A DNA stretch of 64,000 nt from Octopus vulgaris (taxonomy: Eukaryota), in NCBI GenBank assembly GCA_951406725.2, contig OX597823.1, forward strand, positions 9,052,001-9,116,000, read 5' to 3'. Position numbers and translations under genes: made by a program. The notes beneath the pieces were generated by a model that was given only the letters and a program-made list of their open reading frames with translations, did not search any database and had not been told where the DNA came from. How positions within the stretch are numbered: the stretch's first letter is position 1; each line of letters opens with the position of its first letter. Shown in pieces: positions 43,466-57,200 of the stretch.

Positions 43466-43925
43466 ACATCATCATCATCGTTGTCTAACGTCCGCTTTCC
43501 ATGCTAGCATGGGTTGGACGATTTGACTGAGGGATGGCGAACGAGATGGCTGCACCAGGCTCCAATCTTGATCTGGCAGAGTTTCTACAGCTGGATGTCC
43601 TTCCTAACGCCAACCACTGCGAGAGGGTAGTGTGTGCTTGTATGTGCCACTGGCACGGGGGCCAGTCAGGCGGTACTGGCTAAGACCTCGCCCGAATCTT
43701 CTTACACATGCCACCGGCACAGGTGCCATAAAGCGATGCTGGTAACGATCACGCTCGGATGGTGCATTTTACCTGCCACCGGCACGGAAGCCAGTTAGCC
43801 GCTCTGGCAACGATCACGCTCGGATGGTGCTCTTAGCACCCTACTAGCGTGGGGTTCAAGTGCCAGTAAGGAGCCGCTGGTAACGATCACACTCGAATGG
43901 TGCCTTTTATGTCCCACTGGCACTG
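43466..43925 (-). mobile_element. SINE-like element with (GAT)n tail and internal ~65-bp tandem subrepeats
   Basis: catcatcatcatcg end; ggatgtccttcctaacgccaacc motif; aacgatcac.ctcg.atggtgc repeated three times plus one diverged unit. Confidence 0.7.
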
Positions 43926-44493
43926 ATTTCCAAACGATTTACAACTAATTGTTGTAAATCTTGTACCTATTTTCTCAATAAATCGTTAAATCGCAGTTAG
44001 AAGAAGCTTTTGAAAAGCGTCCGAATTCCGAATCTTATGGGCCACATTTTTTCTTTGTGTTACTGTATTAGCACAATAACATAGACGTGTCTACAGGAGA
44101 TCTTACTAGATATAACTTCAAGATCTACCGAAAATCATTCTCAACATTTTAAAGACGTGTGGACGCATCAGTTACTGAAGTCTTAGATACACTCGCGGAT
44201 TAAACAGCTTTCACTATAAATTTCCACGGCGAAATCTGAAATGGGGTTAAGTAGTATTACAAATGAATGTCACATTTGCGAGTAATTACCGATAAAAATT
44301 ATTATCATTATTGTAGTTATCACTGATTTTATTTTCTTCAATTGCATTTTAAACAACTTCAAATATATTTTCAGTGAAACTAAAATATAAATCATCAAGT
44401 GACATACGTATTTCCAAAATATAGTGCTGTCAGCTGACAAAGGAATGTTTTTATGCCTATTCGAACAGAACAAGTTGAAATTTTATATCAAAA

Positions 44494-44883
44494 CTAGCAG
44501 TATCGCCCGGCGTTGCTCGGGTTTGTAAGGGAAATAACTATATAATCATTTATAGAGAGTTATAGCCAAAAAAATAGCAAAAAAAAAAAGCATTAAAAAA
44601 TGGAAAAAAATGATGTTAAATTGTTTTTTAAATTGTTGACTCATCGTAGACATTTTTAGAGAGTTACTTCCCTTATATAATAGCGAAAAATATGCATTAA
44701 AATGGAAAAAAATGATGGTAAATCGTAGACTCATCGTAGATGCGCGCTAATACTCAGAAGGGCTCGATATGAATCACGACTATAAGATACCCGCTTTTGT
44801 TAAACTGCACCGCAAAATGTGGGAGTAGTTAGGAATCTAAATCGTAGGAGACAGACACACAACTTGACTTTTATATATAAAGA
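44494..44883 (-). mobile_element. Non-autonomous Helitron family L (variant with internal duplication)
   Basis: Same termini as 29618-30013. Confidence 0.9.
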
Positions 44884-45191
44884 TTTTACTTGAAACACGC
44901 AGATACAAATCGGTTCAGACCAAACTATGTTAATCACTATATTATCATCTGTCCACACTGTAAAATGTGTTCTCGAGAGAACATCGTCGATGAAAGTATA
45001 GAAGAAAAACAAGAGCATGACTGGAATTGGATAATCTGAAATATATTCCACTACATGTCGATAGATTTGGATGAAATGTACATAAGGAAATATATGCAAA
45101 ATTGAATGTGCCTTGCTCGATGACGAATACAGAAAGGGGTACTTTAGAAAAACCCAAATATCCTTTCAAATCTCAGGAGAACAACAATGGT

Positions 45192-45630
45192 TACTCTTTT
45201 ACTCTTTTACTCTTTTACTTGTTTCAGTCATTTGACTGCGGCCATGCTGGAGCACCGCCTTTAGTCGAGCAAATCGACCCCGGGACTTATTCTTTGTAAG
45301 ACCAGTACTTATTCTATCGGTCTCTTTTGCAGAAGCGCTAAGTGACGGGGACATAAGCACACCAGCATCGGTTGTCAAGCAATGCTAGGGGGACAAACAC
45401 ACACACACACAATACACACACACACACCCACACACACACACATATATATATATATATACATATATACGACAGGCTTCTTTCAGTTTCCGTCTACCAAATC
45501 CACTCACAAGGCATTGGTCGGCCCGGGGCTATAGCAGAAGACACTTGCCCAAGATGCCACGCAGTGGGACTGAACCCGGAACCATGTAGTTTGTAAGCAA
45601 GCTACTTACCACACAGTCACTCCTGCGCCT
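45192..45630 (-). mobile_element. Full-length SINE family A
   Basis: Colinear with 14196; tail (actctttt)x3. Confidence 0.9.
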
Positions 45631-45737
45631 GAATTGTTCAGAATTGATATAAAATTTATGCCACTTCTCCTTACTACTATGTTTATTGTTCGTAGTGTTC
45701 ATAGAACGTTTTCCAGTTCTCACAATCGTCATCTCAT

Positions 45738-46520
45738 TCATTTGTATGTGAAACTAAACAGAGCCATAGTTGTATGACTTTGTATTAGAAGTAATATCGT
45801 TCCGTTACCTTTTCAGATTGGTATAAAAACTCAAATGGTTTATAAACATTATAGAGTTATAATAATCTACTATTTATTAATACACAGGGAAATGCATACA
45901 CAGCGATGTATGTACACACACACACACACACACACACACACGTACCTGTATATATATATGTGTGTGTGTGTGTTTGTGTGTGTATAGCACAAGTTATGGA
46001 AGTATATATATATATATGTATATATATATATGTGTATATCCATATACATATGTGTGTGTATGGATGGATGCATATATAAATACACACACACACACACAGA
46101 TATGTATAGGTATTGCGTATGTGTGTGTGTCTATGTGAGTGTGTAGTTGTATTCAAATGCATGTATATCGGTATGAAAATATATAAGTAAAACCTGAAAT
46201 TCTTTGTTGATAAGCAGTACATTTCTTTTTAACTGTACTTACGTCAAATACTCTGATCAGTATATGAGCTCACAGACTTTTATTTATTCATAGCTACAAC
46301 CACTGCCACAGACACCATTATATGGAGAAATACAGAAATGTACACCTGCATACAAGCACACACACACAAATACACGTATTCACACAATCACACGTGTGCA
46401 TGCATATACACTTATACACAAACATAGAGACTCTTATCTATTTCCGCTCAAAGGAGAAAAATATGAATAGCCATGTCAGTAATTCACATTCTCACCCACA
46501 TTTCCAAACAATTATAATTA
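45738..46520 (-). repeat. Right copy of the inverted duplication (partner 40460-41190)
   Basis: Reverse-complement blocks at ~45805-45860, ~46235-46265 and ~46430-46470. Confidence 0.85.
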
Positions 46521-46690
46521 CTACATCTTTGCGTATATGGAAGCATAATGTAACTGACACACACATGCACACATACACACACATACACACGCATATGTAA
46601 TTATGTGTGTATATATATGTATATGTATGTGCATAGGTACATATGTATTTACGTATAGACCTGTATACAGGCAAGCATATGCATAATTAC

Positions 46691-46765
<75 letters not shown>

Positions 46766-46821
46766 CAGACAAAGACTGAGAGAGAAAGAGAAGTACAGAC
46801 AGAGAAAGAGAAATAAGAAAA

Positions 46822-46867
<46 letters not shown>

Positions 46868-47242
46868 CAGAGTTGGTCGTAGAAATATTGAGAATATTTA
46901 ATTACCATTGACACGTTTCAGGTGTAAGACTTCTCCTAGCACAAGTTATGGAAATTATATTTATAAAAGATAATCTTGTGTCTAACAAAATTTTGAGCTT
47001 AATACAATATACACCTAACTGTTTCTTTTCCTTTTTTTTTCTTATTTTTACCTGCATTTAATTCAAGTATGTTTTAATTCTGTCGCTGTAATTTTATGGA
47101 ACTTATAAATTTCATATTCTACAATTTGTTTGCTTTTCGAGGAAATATTCCTCTTTCTTTATGTTCTTTGTGTCTGAAATCCTGTCTGCGATACGTGTGC
47201 TTTATAAATGCATTGCTGTGGCAACGCTATATGTATATGTAT

Positions 47243-47472
47243 AAGGCGGCGAGCTTGCAGAAACGTTAGCACGCCGGGCGAAATGCGTAGTCGTATTTTG
47301 TCTGTCGTTACGTTGTGAGTTCAAATTCCGCTGAGGTCGACTTTGCCTTTCATCCTTTCGGGGTCGATCAATTAAGTACCAGTTACGCACTGGGGTCGAT
47401 GTAATCGACTTAATCCCTTTGTCTGTCCTTGTTTGTCCCCTCTATGTTTAGCCCCTTGTGGGTAGTAAAGAA
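47243..47472 (+). mobile_element. SINE family B
   Basis: Full head and Deu/Nin-like domain; flanked by a tatatgtatatg duplication; absent from the paralogous segment at ~49130. Confidence 0.9.
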
Positions 47473-48293
47473 ATATATATGTATATGCACTTGTAAATAT
47501 GTACATATGTAGACATCTATATCTTTCAGGCCTTCATTGCATTGCTTTAGATTTTCAGCCAGCCTCACTTTGAACCTTTCTAGTCGCATTCGGCCAACCT
47601 TACTCTGAGAGCGATGGATTGTTTCATGTTCCACTGTTATTTTAATATTATGAGATGAGTTATTGGATGCTATTGCCCAGACTACTAAAATCTTTTCTTT
47701 CAGAGAACCAACATGATTTCGTTTTCGTTCGGAAGGATGTTAGAGTCACTCCATTTAACTGTCTACAGATGTTGCCAATTTTGTAACATACACAGGGAAG
47801 GGTGCACTATTCCGCATATTTAATCTTTGGTCACGTATTGTCACTCCAAGCTTCGAATTCTCCCTGCTTTTGCGGTTTCTAGGCTGATATCGCAATACCT
47901 GGAAATTTTCGACATTGAATTTTATTACTAGTTTTAGTTAATTTGTATTGTTTGCTTAAGTCTTGCTATAGGATTAAAAAAACATCAAATTTTAAAATTA
48001 TTTTTGCTAATTATTACTGTCACTTTTCCCACCGTAATAAGTATTGTATCAGAAAATATTTGAAATTCAGAAAACATTTCGATATATGACACACTTACAA
48101 TAAAACATCGTAAGGCCAAACCACGTGTTACACATCTAAACACTTAGGCATGCATATGTATATACATACATACATACATACATACATACATACATACATA
48201 CATACATACATGCATACATACATGCATACATATATATATATCGATGTATATATGTGTGTGTGTGCATGCGTGCGTGTGTGTGATTTCGATATA

Positions 48294-48497
48294 CTCTTTT
48301 ACTCTTTTACTTGTTTCAGTCATTTGACTGCGGCCATGATGGAGCACCGCCTTTAATCGAGCAACTCAACCACGGGACTTATTCATTGTAAGCCCAGTAC
48401 TTATTCTATCGGTCTCTTTTGTCGGACCGTAAAGTGACGGGGACATAAACACACCAGCATCGGTTGTCAAGCAATGCTAGGGGACAAACACAAACAT

Positions 48498-48558
<61 letters not shown>

Positions 48559-48716
48559 CATATATACGACGGGCTTCTTTCAGTTTCCATCTACCAAATC
48601 CACTGACAAGGCTTTGGTCGGCCCGGGGCTATAGTAGAAGACACTTGCCCAAGGTGTCACGCAGTGGTACTGAACCCGGAACCATGTGGTTGGTAAGCAG
48701 GCTACTTACCACACAA
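48294..48716 (-). mobile_element. SINE family A (5' end clipped)
   Basis: Colinear with 14196. Confidence 0.9.
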
Positions 48717-48744
48717 GTATGTATATACTCATACCAACATTTGA

Positions 48745-50050
48745 GCTGCTAGGCTGGACGCTTGATGAGATCCGAGCTATTGATGAGAAAATCCAGAAGA
48801 TATTAACAAGTACATATAATTTCCACGTCAACAGTGACGTAGGCCGCTTCTAACTAAATCTAAAACAAGGCGGCAGAGGCTTAACATCTATCCAAACTAG
48901 TTTTGAATGTCGTATCATATCCATTCAGCAACATCTTTTAGCTACCAAGCGTCGAAATGTATCTCTTGACCAATTTTGCATGCATGGGGCTGATAACATC
49001 AGAGGACTTGCAAGGCAGCTACTTGAGTAGCATTCCTTGTCTGATAACCTTAAATACTTGCACAAAGTATTGTGTCTGAAATCTTGTCTGCGATACGTGT
49101 GTGCTTTACAAATGCATTGCTGTGGCAAAGCTATATGTATATGCACATGTAAATATGTACATATGTAGACATCTATATCTTTCAGGCCTTCATTGCATTG
49201 CTTTAGATTCTCAGCCTCACTTTGAACCTTACTAGTCGCATTCGGGCAACCTTCTTACTGTGAGAGCGATGGATTGTTTCATGTTCCACTGTTATTTTAA
49301 TATTATGAGATGAGTTATTGGATGCTATTGCCCAGACTACTAAATTATTTTCTTTCAGAGAACCAACGTATCAGCAAAGATGAGCGTATATGAACATAAG
49401 AGCATGCATTGGATATGTTAGTAGAAAGCCCAGAAATGATAGTAACGTTGATCATCAAAACAGGCTATCATGCACCAACAACCGGATTACTACCTCCCAC
49501 TTTGATGGGTATCCAGAAAATAGGAATGCAGGAACAGAAAATATCAACAAAATAAGCAGAAAAAGTAGTCAAATGTGACAGCCGATGCAGACTTTGTGGA
49601 GTTAACACCGAAGATATCATTCACACCATAAGCAGTGATCCGAAAATATCCTCACGGTATTATCTACCGTGATGTCGTTGCTAGGGCGATGTATAACAAG
49701 ATCCATCGACAGGATAATCTTGAGGGAAAAGAAATAAGAAATTACAGTACGAGAAATCTGCAGTTCTTCTAACCCGATTACAAGTTCAGGCTAAATACCT
49801 GTAATTATAGAGGTACTGGGTTACGTAACACACTGCCTACGTACCAATCTTGAGAAATTAGGCTTCTCAAAACAAGAAAAAAGAAAGCTAATTCGAAGAC
49901 TACAGATCCAAGTTATCAGTGGAACTGTATAAATTTGTAATACTTTCCAGAAGTTTATCATTTAAGTATATATGAGCATGTCAAGATATGCAATTATATG
50001 CATGAGAAAGTTAGAAACCGGCTCTATCTCTATTGGCGAGAAGGTTTGAA
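48745..50050 (+). mobile_element. Decayed R4/Dong-clade LINE fragment interrupted by a ~295-bp copied segment
   Basis: WTLDEIRAIDEKIQKILT..FHVNSDV..KQGGRGL; CRLCGVNTEDIIHTISS; IPVII..LGYV..NLEKLGF. Confidence 0.85.
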
Positions 50051-50673
50051 ATAAAACATGTGTGTTTGTGTGTATGTGTGTGTGCGATATGTGTGCATGT
50101 GTGAAAGTGAAAGAGATATGCATGTAAGGGTCTTCATGAGAATTTGCCTGTGTTGGTACATCGACCAATTTAATATTAAATGAGCAGCGGACGATTTTGT
50201 GTAAGTAATGCACGGTTGAGACGTCATCAAAGATGCCACAGATTCAGGGAAGTTGTCAACTATGCATTATACAGCATCTCTTCTTGCTAGGAGTGAGGAA
50301 AAAATATATGCGTCAAGAGGTGGAGCTGATATGAAGTTTTACCACGACACTATTGTAATATTTACTGAAAGAGATGTCACGTCTATTCAAATGTAAGTCT
50401 TGGCAGGACTGAAAATCCATATCCATGTCACTCATCTTTAACAGAACAAACAAGCGATGGAAAGGCATTTATACATATACATATAGATATACATATACAT
50501 GCATATACATACATATACACATTTATGTATGTATATGTATACACACACATATATAAATATACATATATATATATATATGTATATGCATGTATATATGTAT
50601 CTATATGTGTACGTATAACTATATGCATATCTATCTATCTACATCTCTCTCTATCTATCTATCTATCTATTAA

Positions 50674-50732
<59 letters not shown>

Positions 50733-51696
50733 GATACGCACACACGCATGAACACGTGCAAACACACACACAGACACACACACACACACACAAACAGATA
50801 TATCTGTGTGTTTATTATGCAGCTTGAATAAAATCCGAGCACATATTTCTGTGCGCACTCTATATGCAGATTAAATTAGGCATGGACGCCATTCGCATAA
50901 TAATTAGAAAGTTACGTAGGGGAAGCAGTATTTAATAATTAGAACAACGAACAAGTACTGCATATTCAGCTCGCCAACAACTAATATTTATTTCATGGTA
51001 GGCACAGGCGATGATTGAAGGCGAGTTTCGACTAGTCTTGAATAAAATTTATGAAAGTTTGTGGTATCTGTTGATTGTCTAAGAATTAGCGAGCAAATCA
51101 ATACATTAGCATAACAGAACAAGCTTCTACATGGATTCACCTATTAGAAATAGGAGACAAATCTGCATAAGACAGTATTAAAAGGAGGGAGAGCATTTGA
51201 ATGTTTTAGTTCCAGATTTACTTAGCTTGAGTAAAAGTAAAACGATGCTTAACCTTTTGGTTGCTATCTCCAATTTAATTTCATCGATCAGTAGTGATTT
51301 GGAATTGCTTGAATAATAGAGGGTGCGCATGTTTAATGTCAGACAAAAAACCCTGTAGTATCGAGTCAGGTACTTTCATATCGAAGGGATCTATAAAAAA
51401 AAGTACCATGTAGTACCAGATCTCATAGAGGTTTTCAAGATCCACTCGAAAGTGCGAAGATTAAAACGGAATGGTCTGACACTAAGCATGTGCTTGTAGG
51501 CTGAAAATTACAGAAGAAGACGGAAAGTTCTCATGATAACCCTGTAGTCAGGGTGACTCGGTATATATGGGGTTCTTTGGTGGCCCCTGGGTGGGGTTTC
51601 ATCTCTAGTTGAAATCAGGAGACAATTTGGATTTTGCTGTTAACTTCATTTTTTTAACTTCATTATTGTTAATATCCAAGTCACACTGGGGTAAAA

Positions 51697-52087
51697 TATA
51701 CGAAGCACAGTATACACATCATAACTACCCATCTGATAAGGGTACACTAGGCACATGCATCATAACCATATGTGCATGACATGGTGATCTCATATCAAGA
51801 TAAACAGCGCATGACCGTTTATCCAAACCTCTAAGAATTCATTTTAACACACAGCTATGATGCTCCCCCATTACTTCTGCACATGGTCAGAGATGCACAT
51901 ATCGTCAGCCATAAAGGACATGCTTAACTGGTTAAGGTCAAACAACTGACAAGCAAATCTGTGGTATTGAGCAGAATATTTGCTGTAGCCCATCTTTTAT
52001 ACCAAGACAAAACAACGTACATGATAACACTTCCAATCAGTTAAGATCAGAAACCACGAGAGCCTCTGTCTGGTACTGCATCAGGGG
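51697..52087 (-). mobile_element. Non-autonomous repeat family J
   Basis: Homologous to 11486-11997 with an internal deletion. Confidence 0.75.
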
Positions 52088-52088
52088 A

Positions 52089-52121
<33 letters not shown>

Positions 52122-52124
<3 letters not shown>

Positions 52125-53525
52125 TAGTTTTATTTTTATTTTTATAGCGTGCTTTCACTTCACTACCGAGCACAGCTCTGTGTGCCTTGGGTTTGTGCTG
52201 TGATTTGTTGTGATGCTCTGATGGTTATTGTATGGAAAGTGTTCTGCGTAGGATGTGTGCAGTGCCCAGTAGTGCAATTTTCTGTATGTTATATGTGTTT
52301 GTAAGTCCTGGTGTTTTTGTTATGTATTTGTCTGAATATTTTTTTATCATGCCTAATGCACCTACTATGATAGGAATTGTTTCTGTTTTCAGATTCCACA
52401 TTCTAGTTACCTCTATTTCCAGGTCTTTGTATTTTGAGAGTTTCTCCATTTCTTTTAGAGACACGTTGTCATCTGCCGGTACTGATACATCAATTAGAAA
52501 GCATTTTTTTCTTCATGGTCTCTGACAACTATATCTGGTCTGTTGGCCTTAATTTCTCTATCTGTGTGTATCGGCATATCCCAGAGTATGGTTGCTTTCT
52601 CGTTTTCTGTGACCTTTTCTGGTGTGTGCCTATACCATCTTTTTTCTGTTGTTATTCCATAATGTTGGCATAGCTTCCAATGTATGTAAGTTCCAACTCT
52701 GTCATGTCTGTGAATATATTCCTTCTTAGCCAGGACTGGGCAGCTAGAGATAATATGATTTATTGTTTCTTGTCCATCTCCACATATTCTGCAGTTACTT
52801 GTAATATTTCTTTTCATTACATGTTTTTGGTAATTTCTGGTGGGGAGGCTTTGGTCTTGTGCTGCAATTAAAAATCCCTCTGTTTCTGCTTTGAGTCCTG
52901 AGCTTCTCAACCATTGCTGGGATTTTTCTTTGTCTATTTCTTTTGCGTTTAGTTTAGTCCAGTATTTACCATGAAGGGGCTTTTCTTGCCATCGTTTTAT
53001 CATGGTTCTTTGCTGTTCTATTTTTAGTTTGGATTTCATTTTTTTTATAGCTTTTGTTGTTTCTTCATCTTCTTCTTCTTCTTCATGTTTATTAGGTGGT
53101 ATGATTTCTTGTTTGTATTTGTCAGCTTCCTTAAATACTGAGAACAGTTTTTTGTTTTGCTCGTGTTTTGCCGCTATCTGGATCAGTTTTCCTTCCTTCT
53201 GAAGTAGATATTTTTGCAGTCCTATGGTGGTTATTTTATAGTAGTTTTCCAGCTGTATAAGGCCTCTACCACCTTCTATACGTTGTATATATAGTCTTTC
53301 TATGTCAGATTTTGGGTGATGCATCCTAGATCCTGTCATTATTTTTCTTGTTTTCCTGTCTATTTTGGTCAGTTCATTTCGTGTCCAGTTAAGGATATTG
53401 TAGCTGTAACTTATAACTGGGACAGCTAAAGTGTTGATACCTATTATCTTGTTTTTAGCATTGAGCTCTGTGTTTAGTATTGATCTAACTCGTCTATAAT
53501 ATTCTTTTTTTATTTTCTCTTTCAT
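52122..53525 (-). mobile_element. 5'-truncated R4/Dong-clade non-LTR retrotransposon
   Basis: 3' end runs into (AAT)n; RT C-terminus, CCHC finger and restriction-like endonuclease present. Confidence 0.93.
52225..53525 (-). pseudogene. RT C-terminus / CCHC / RLE coding region with one frameshift near 52500
   Basis: NTLAVPVISYS..IDRKTRK..HHPKSDIERLY..GGRGL; CRICG..ETINHIISSC; RHD; NRPDIVV; KEMEKLSKYKDL; IPIIVGALG. Confidence 0.92.
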
Positions 53526-53578
53526 TTGTGTGTGTTGTGTCTTATCTTATTTTCTCTTTCATTTGTGTGTGTTGTGTC

Positions 53579-53657
<79 letters not shown>

Positions 53658-53659
<2 letters not shown>

Positions 53660-53962
53660 GTTTGACTTTTGCTTTATGTCTGTACAAGTTGGCTCCAAGT
53701 CTCACCCAGAGACCTCAAGAGACAACAGGTTGGAAGTTCTGTGCCATATATTTGGGGTTTTTTTTTAGTTTTTTTTGGTGTTGTACTAGTGAATGTCTAA
53801 TACATAAAATAAATAAATAAATAAATAAAAATAAAATAAAATAAAAATAAAAATAAAAAAAAACCTTGGGATTACATAGAGAGTATTTTGCGTAGGATAT
53901 GAGCAGTTCCCATGCGCACTATCTTTTGAATTTCTGCCATTTTGGGGTTTCCTGGTATCTGA
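53658..53962 (-). mobile_element. 3' tip of another R4/Dong element between (TAT)n tracts
   Basis: IPGNPKMAEIQKIVRMGTAHILRKILSM* plus 3' UTR. Confidence 0.85.
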
Positions 53963-53963
<1 letters not shown>

Positions 53964-54009
<46 letters not shown>

Positions 54010-54106
54010 CATCATCATCATTATTATTATTACTATTATTATTATTATTACTATCATTATTATCATCATCATCACCACCACCACCACCACCACCACCACC
54101 ACCACC

Positions 54107-54192
<86 letters not shown>

Positions 54193-54240
54193 TATCATTA
54201 TTACTATTATTATTATTATTATTATTATTGTTATCATTCA
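53964..54240. repeat. Compound (TAT)n/(CAT)n/(CAC)n microsatellite
   Basis: Direct reading. Confidence 0.95.
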
Positions 54241-57200
54241 TTGTTGATTCATTATTCAAACGTGCCTAAAATTGGCTGCGAGATTACTCTGGGGTTTGTA
54301 ATAATAACTGAAACAATTAATATTTCTTTTGTGTATCCTTAGACACAGAAACATTGAATGACCAATTGGAAAATTTTTCAGTGATGAGAGGACCATCTGG
54401 GATTAAAACAAATTATCCCGTCTTTTACCGTATAACTACCAGTCAACAGTGGTCTTTTTCCTTTTATATGAACCACGCGATGACGAAATAATAATAAACA
54501 GATCAAAACAGCCAACAAAATCCAATTAAAACGAAGATTAAAGATGTAAATTTCAGACAATGATAAAAATTAATGAAGTTTCAACAAAGATTGCTTAGAT
54601 TTGAAATATGTTTACAATCGAAAATAACAGCAGTGCACATGCAATTACTTGGTCAAAGGAAGTTGGGGAAGGCCCATTTATCGCAATCGGACTTAAATTC
54701 GAAACCTTTTAATGAGAAGACGAAAGATATTTCACCTTTTGCTCACAAGACCGATGCCAGACTGCTAGAATACGCCATGCTAAAAGAGGTGAGTAGTTTA
54801 TCGCTTTGCTGTTAAGACCATTGCTGCTTTCTTGTTCGATCGAATGATGATTTAGAGACACCCCTTTCAGGTACGCAAATACTGATCTCCTATTTTGATA
54901 GGATTGCCATTAAGGACATAAATGATAACGGCGTAATCACTTTATTGATGCATTAAAGGGAACTGACCACTGCTGACGGAAATTCCGGCGATATCAGGTC
55001 AGTTGTTTTCACTATGGGGAAACAATCCTCAGACTCCTGAAGAGCACGAAACAATACCTGAAGTGTGCTCTGTAGATAATGCTTAGTAGAATTTCTTAAA
55101 ACTGACCGTCTAATACAGGAGGCCTAGCTGTCACACTTGTAACAGTAAAGTCTGTGCTAGGGACGTCTGCTTAGAAAAATGCAATGCATATAAACATCCC
55201 TGCCCACATGTATTTTACATGTTTGCATGTATGCATACACATTGCTGTTCTTAATGGCGTCAGAAACAATTCTGGAATTCGGAAAATATCTCACTGTCTT
55301 TAATACTAGGAACCTAGGAGAACTGAGAACTCCATCATCCAGTTATAGGTGGTGTACATAAAGAGAGTGAGGTTAAACAACAACAAGACCAGCTAAAACT
55401 AAATAACCATAAAGCTTATCCTCATAGTAGTAATTTCCAATCCACTTAAGAAGATGTGTAGCTGTTAGAAACCAAACAAATTGAGGGAGATTTCTTCCGA
55501 AAGTATAAAAGAACATCAAAAGAACAAATGAAAATGGCTTTAAAAAAATACGAAGGGGAGAAATATATCTTACATTTAAAGGTTAAATATACAATGTGAA
55601 TATAGTTAGTGATAGAGGTAGATATGTTAAAGTTCAAATCAAGATTGAAGAGATATTTTTACTTTTTGAATACAGCGTGAGAAAACATTTGCGTGACTGC
55701 AAACCTGATACGGATTCGTTGAATAAAAATAGTTTTTTTTTCTCGGAATTGATAATTGTGCCAATATGGATACCAAGCACAAAATAATACAAAGGATATT
55801 AGGTAATTATCTTCTTTCCGTTATTTTCTAGTAACGTGAATGATGTACTTGGAATGTGTGTGACAGTGTGATGCACTGAATCATTATTATCGAAAATGTG
55901 ATTGTGTGACAATGTCAGGTATGAGAGTGTAAAAGTGTAAAGCATTTTTATCGAGAACGATGAAAGTGCGTATAACTTTTTCCGTTGTCCAAAATGCAAT
56001 GTTGTTTTTCTGAAAAACACACTTTCAGACAGTTTCAAAGACCTGTTGTTCAGCTATATCGAAAACCCCAGATATATAGTAGTTGGCTCTGTATGCTCTT
56101 CTCAAACTTACTTTGACAGCGTATACCATATATGGAGTAAAGGGATAAATGAAATACCTGTCCTCTCAGGTTCATACTCATATTATCTTTCTTGTTCCAC
56201 GCCCTTACTCCCAGTAACATCTTTTGCAATATGGACTCACAGGCATGAGACGCAATCGCTGATACTGGAGAGAGCAATATTGATATGCTCTTCGAAAATT
56301 CATAGAAAACTGCGTGAACAATTTAAAATACTGCTGACATTAATTAGAATTAAATTACAGGCAAATGAGAAATAAACAAGAAACAAATTTGATAACAACC
56401 AGTCAAATGATGAAAGCCAGACAAAAGCTCCTTACACATTTGCAGAATCAATAATTCGGTCATTATTTTTATGTCATTGTGGAATATAGCAAATTATAAA
56501 TCTCTAAGTACAATTTTTCATAAACACATTTTCCTCTTTATAATTTAGCAGCATTTCATTTCCTCTACCGTCTTCTACGCTTAAGATGGTTCATTTTAAT
56601 AATTAACTTTCAAAAAATCTATATATCCGTACCTCCCTGCGTTTATTTCCTCATTAATGAACTTGAGAAATTTTCCATACTTCACCACCTAATCTAGAAC
56701 GTCATTATTATTTTCTTTTGTAATACTAATTTAAGGACGTTTTATTCTCTAATAAGAATTAATTCAGAAAGATATCCCTAATTCAATTCTGTAATGGACT
56801 CCGACAAAACAACTGATTGATTGATCAAATGATTACTCAAGTAATCAAATTTTTAATTTACTATTGCGTTTACAAGTTGCGGAAAAATATTTCAAAAAAG
56901 TAAAACAGGACCAATGTGTATATTTTATTGACAAAATGCCACTCACACGATAGTTCTTCCTTTTCTTAAAAGTGTAAATATTTTTCTCTTTTATTGCGAG
57001 TTGAATTCCGTAATGTTTAAAGCGTTCTCATTCATTCGTATAATCAAATGCTTATATTCTAATATTTAAATCAATATTAAACGGTGTCTCATTTACGGAC
57101 CCAAGAAGCTTTATTGTATTTTTTACCTATTCAGATTACAACAACTATCTACTATAAACAGGTGTGTGCTTATTCTCTTTGCAAAGGTATTAATGTCTCG

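Noticed and set aside
43680-43920. Regularly spaced aacgatcacgctcggatggtgc repeats resembling a CRISPR array
   Set aside because: The spacers are similar to each other, the context is a eukaryotic SINE-like element and there are no cas genes.
53786-54342. Poly-N/D/G and poly-H ORFs
   Set aside because: Compound trinucleotide microsatellite read in different frames.
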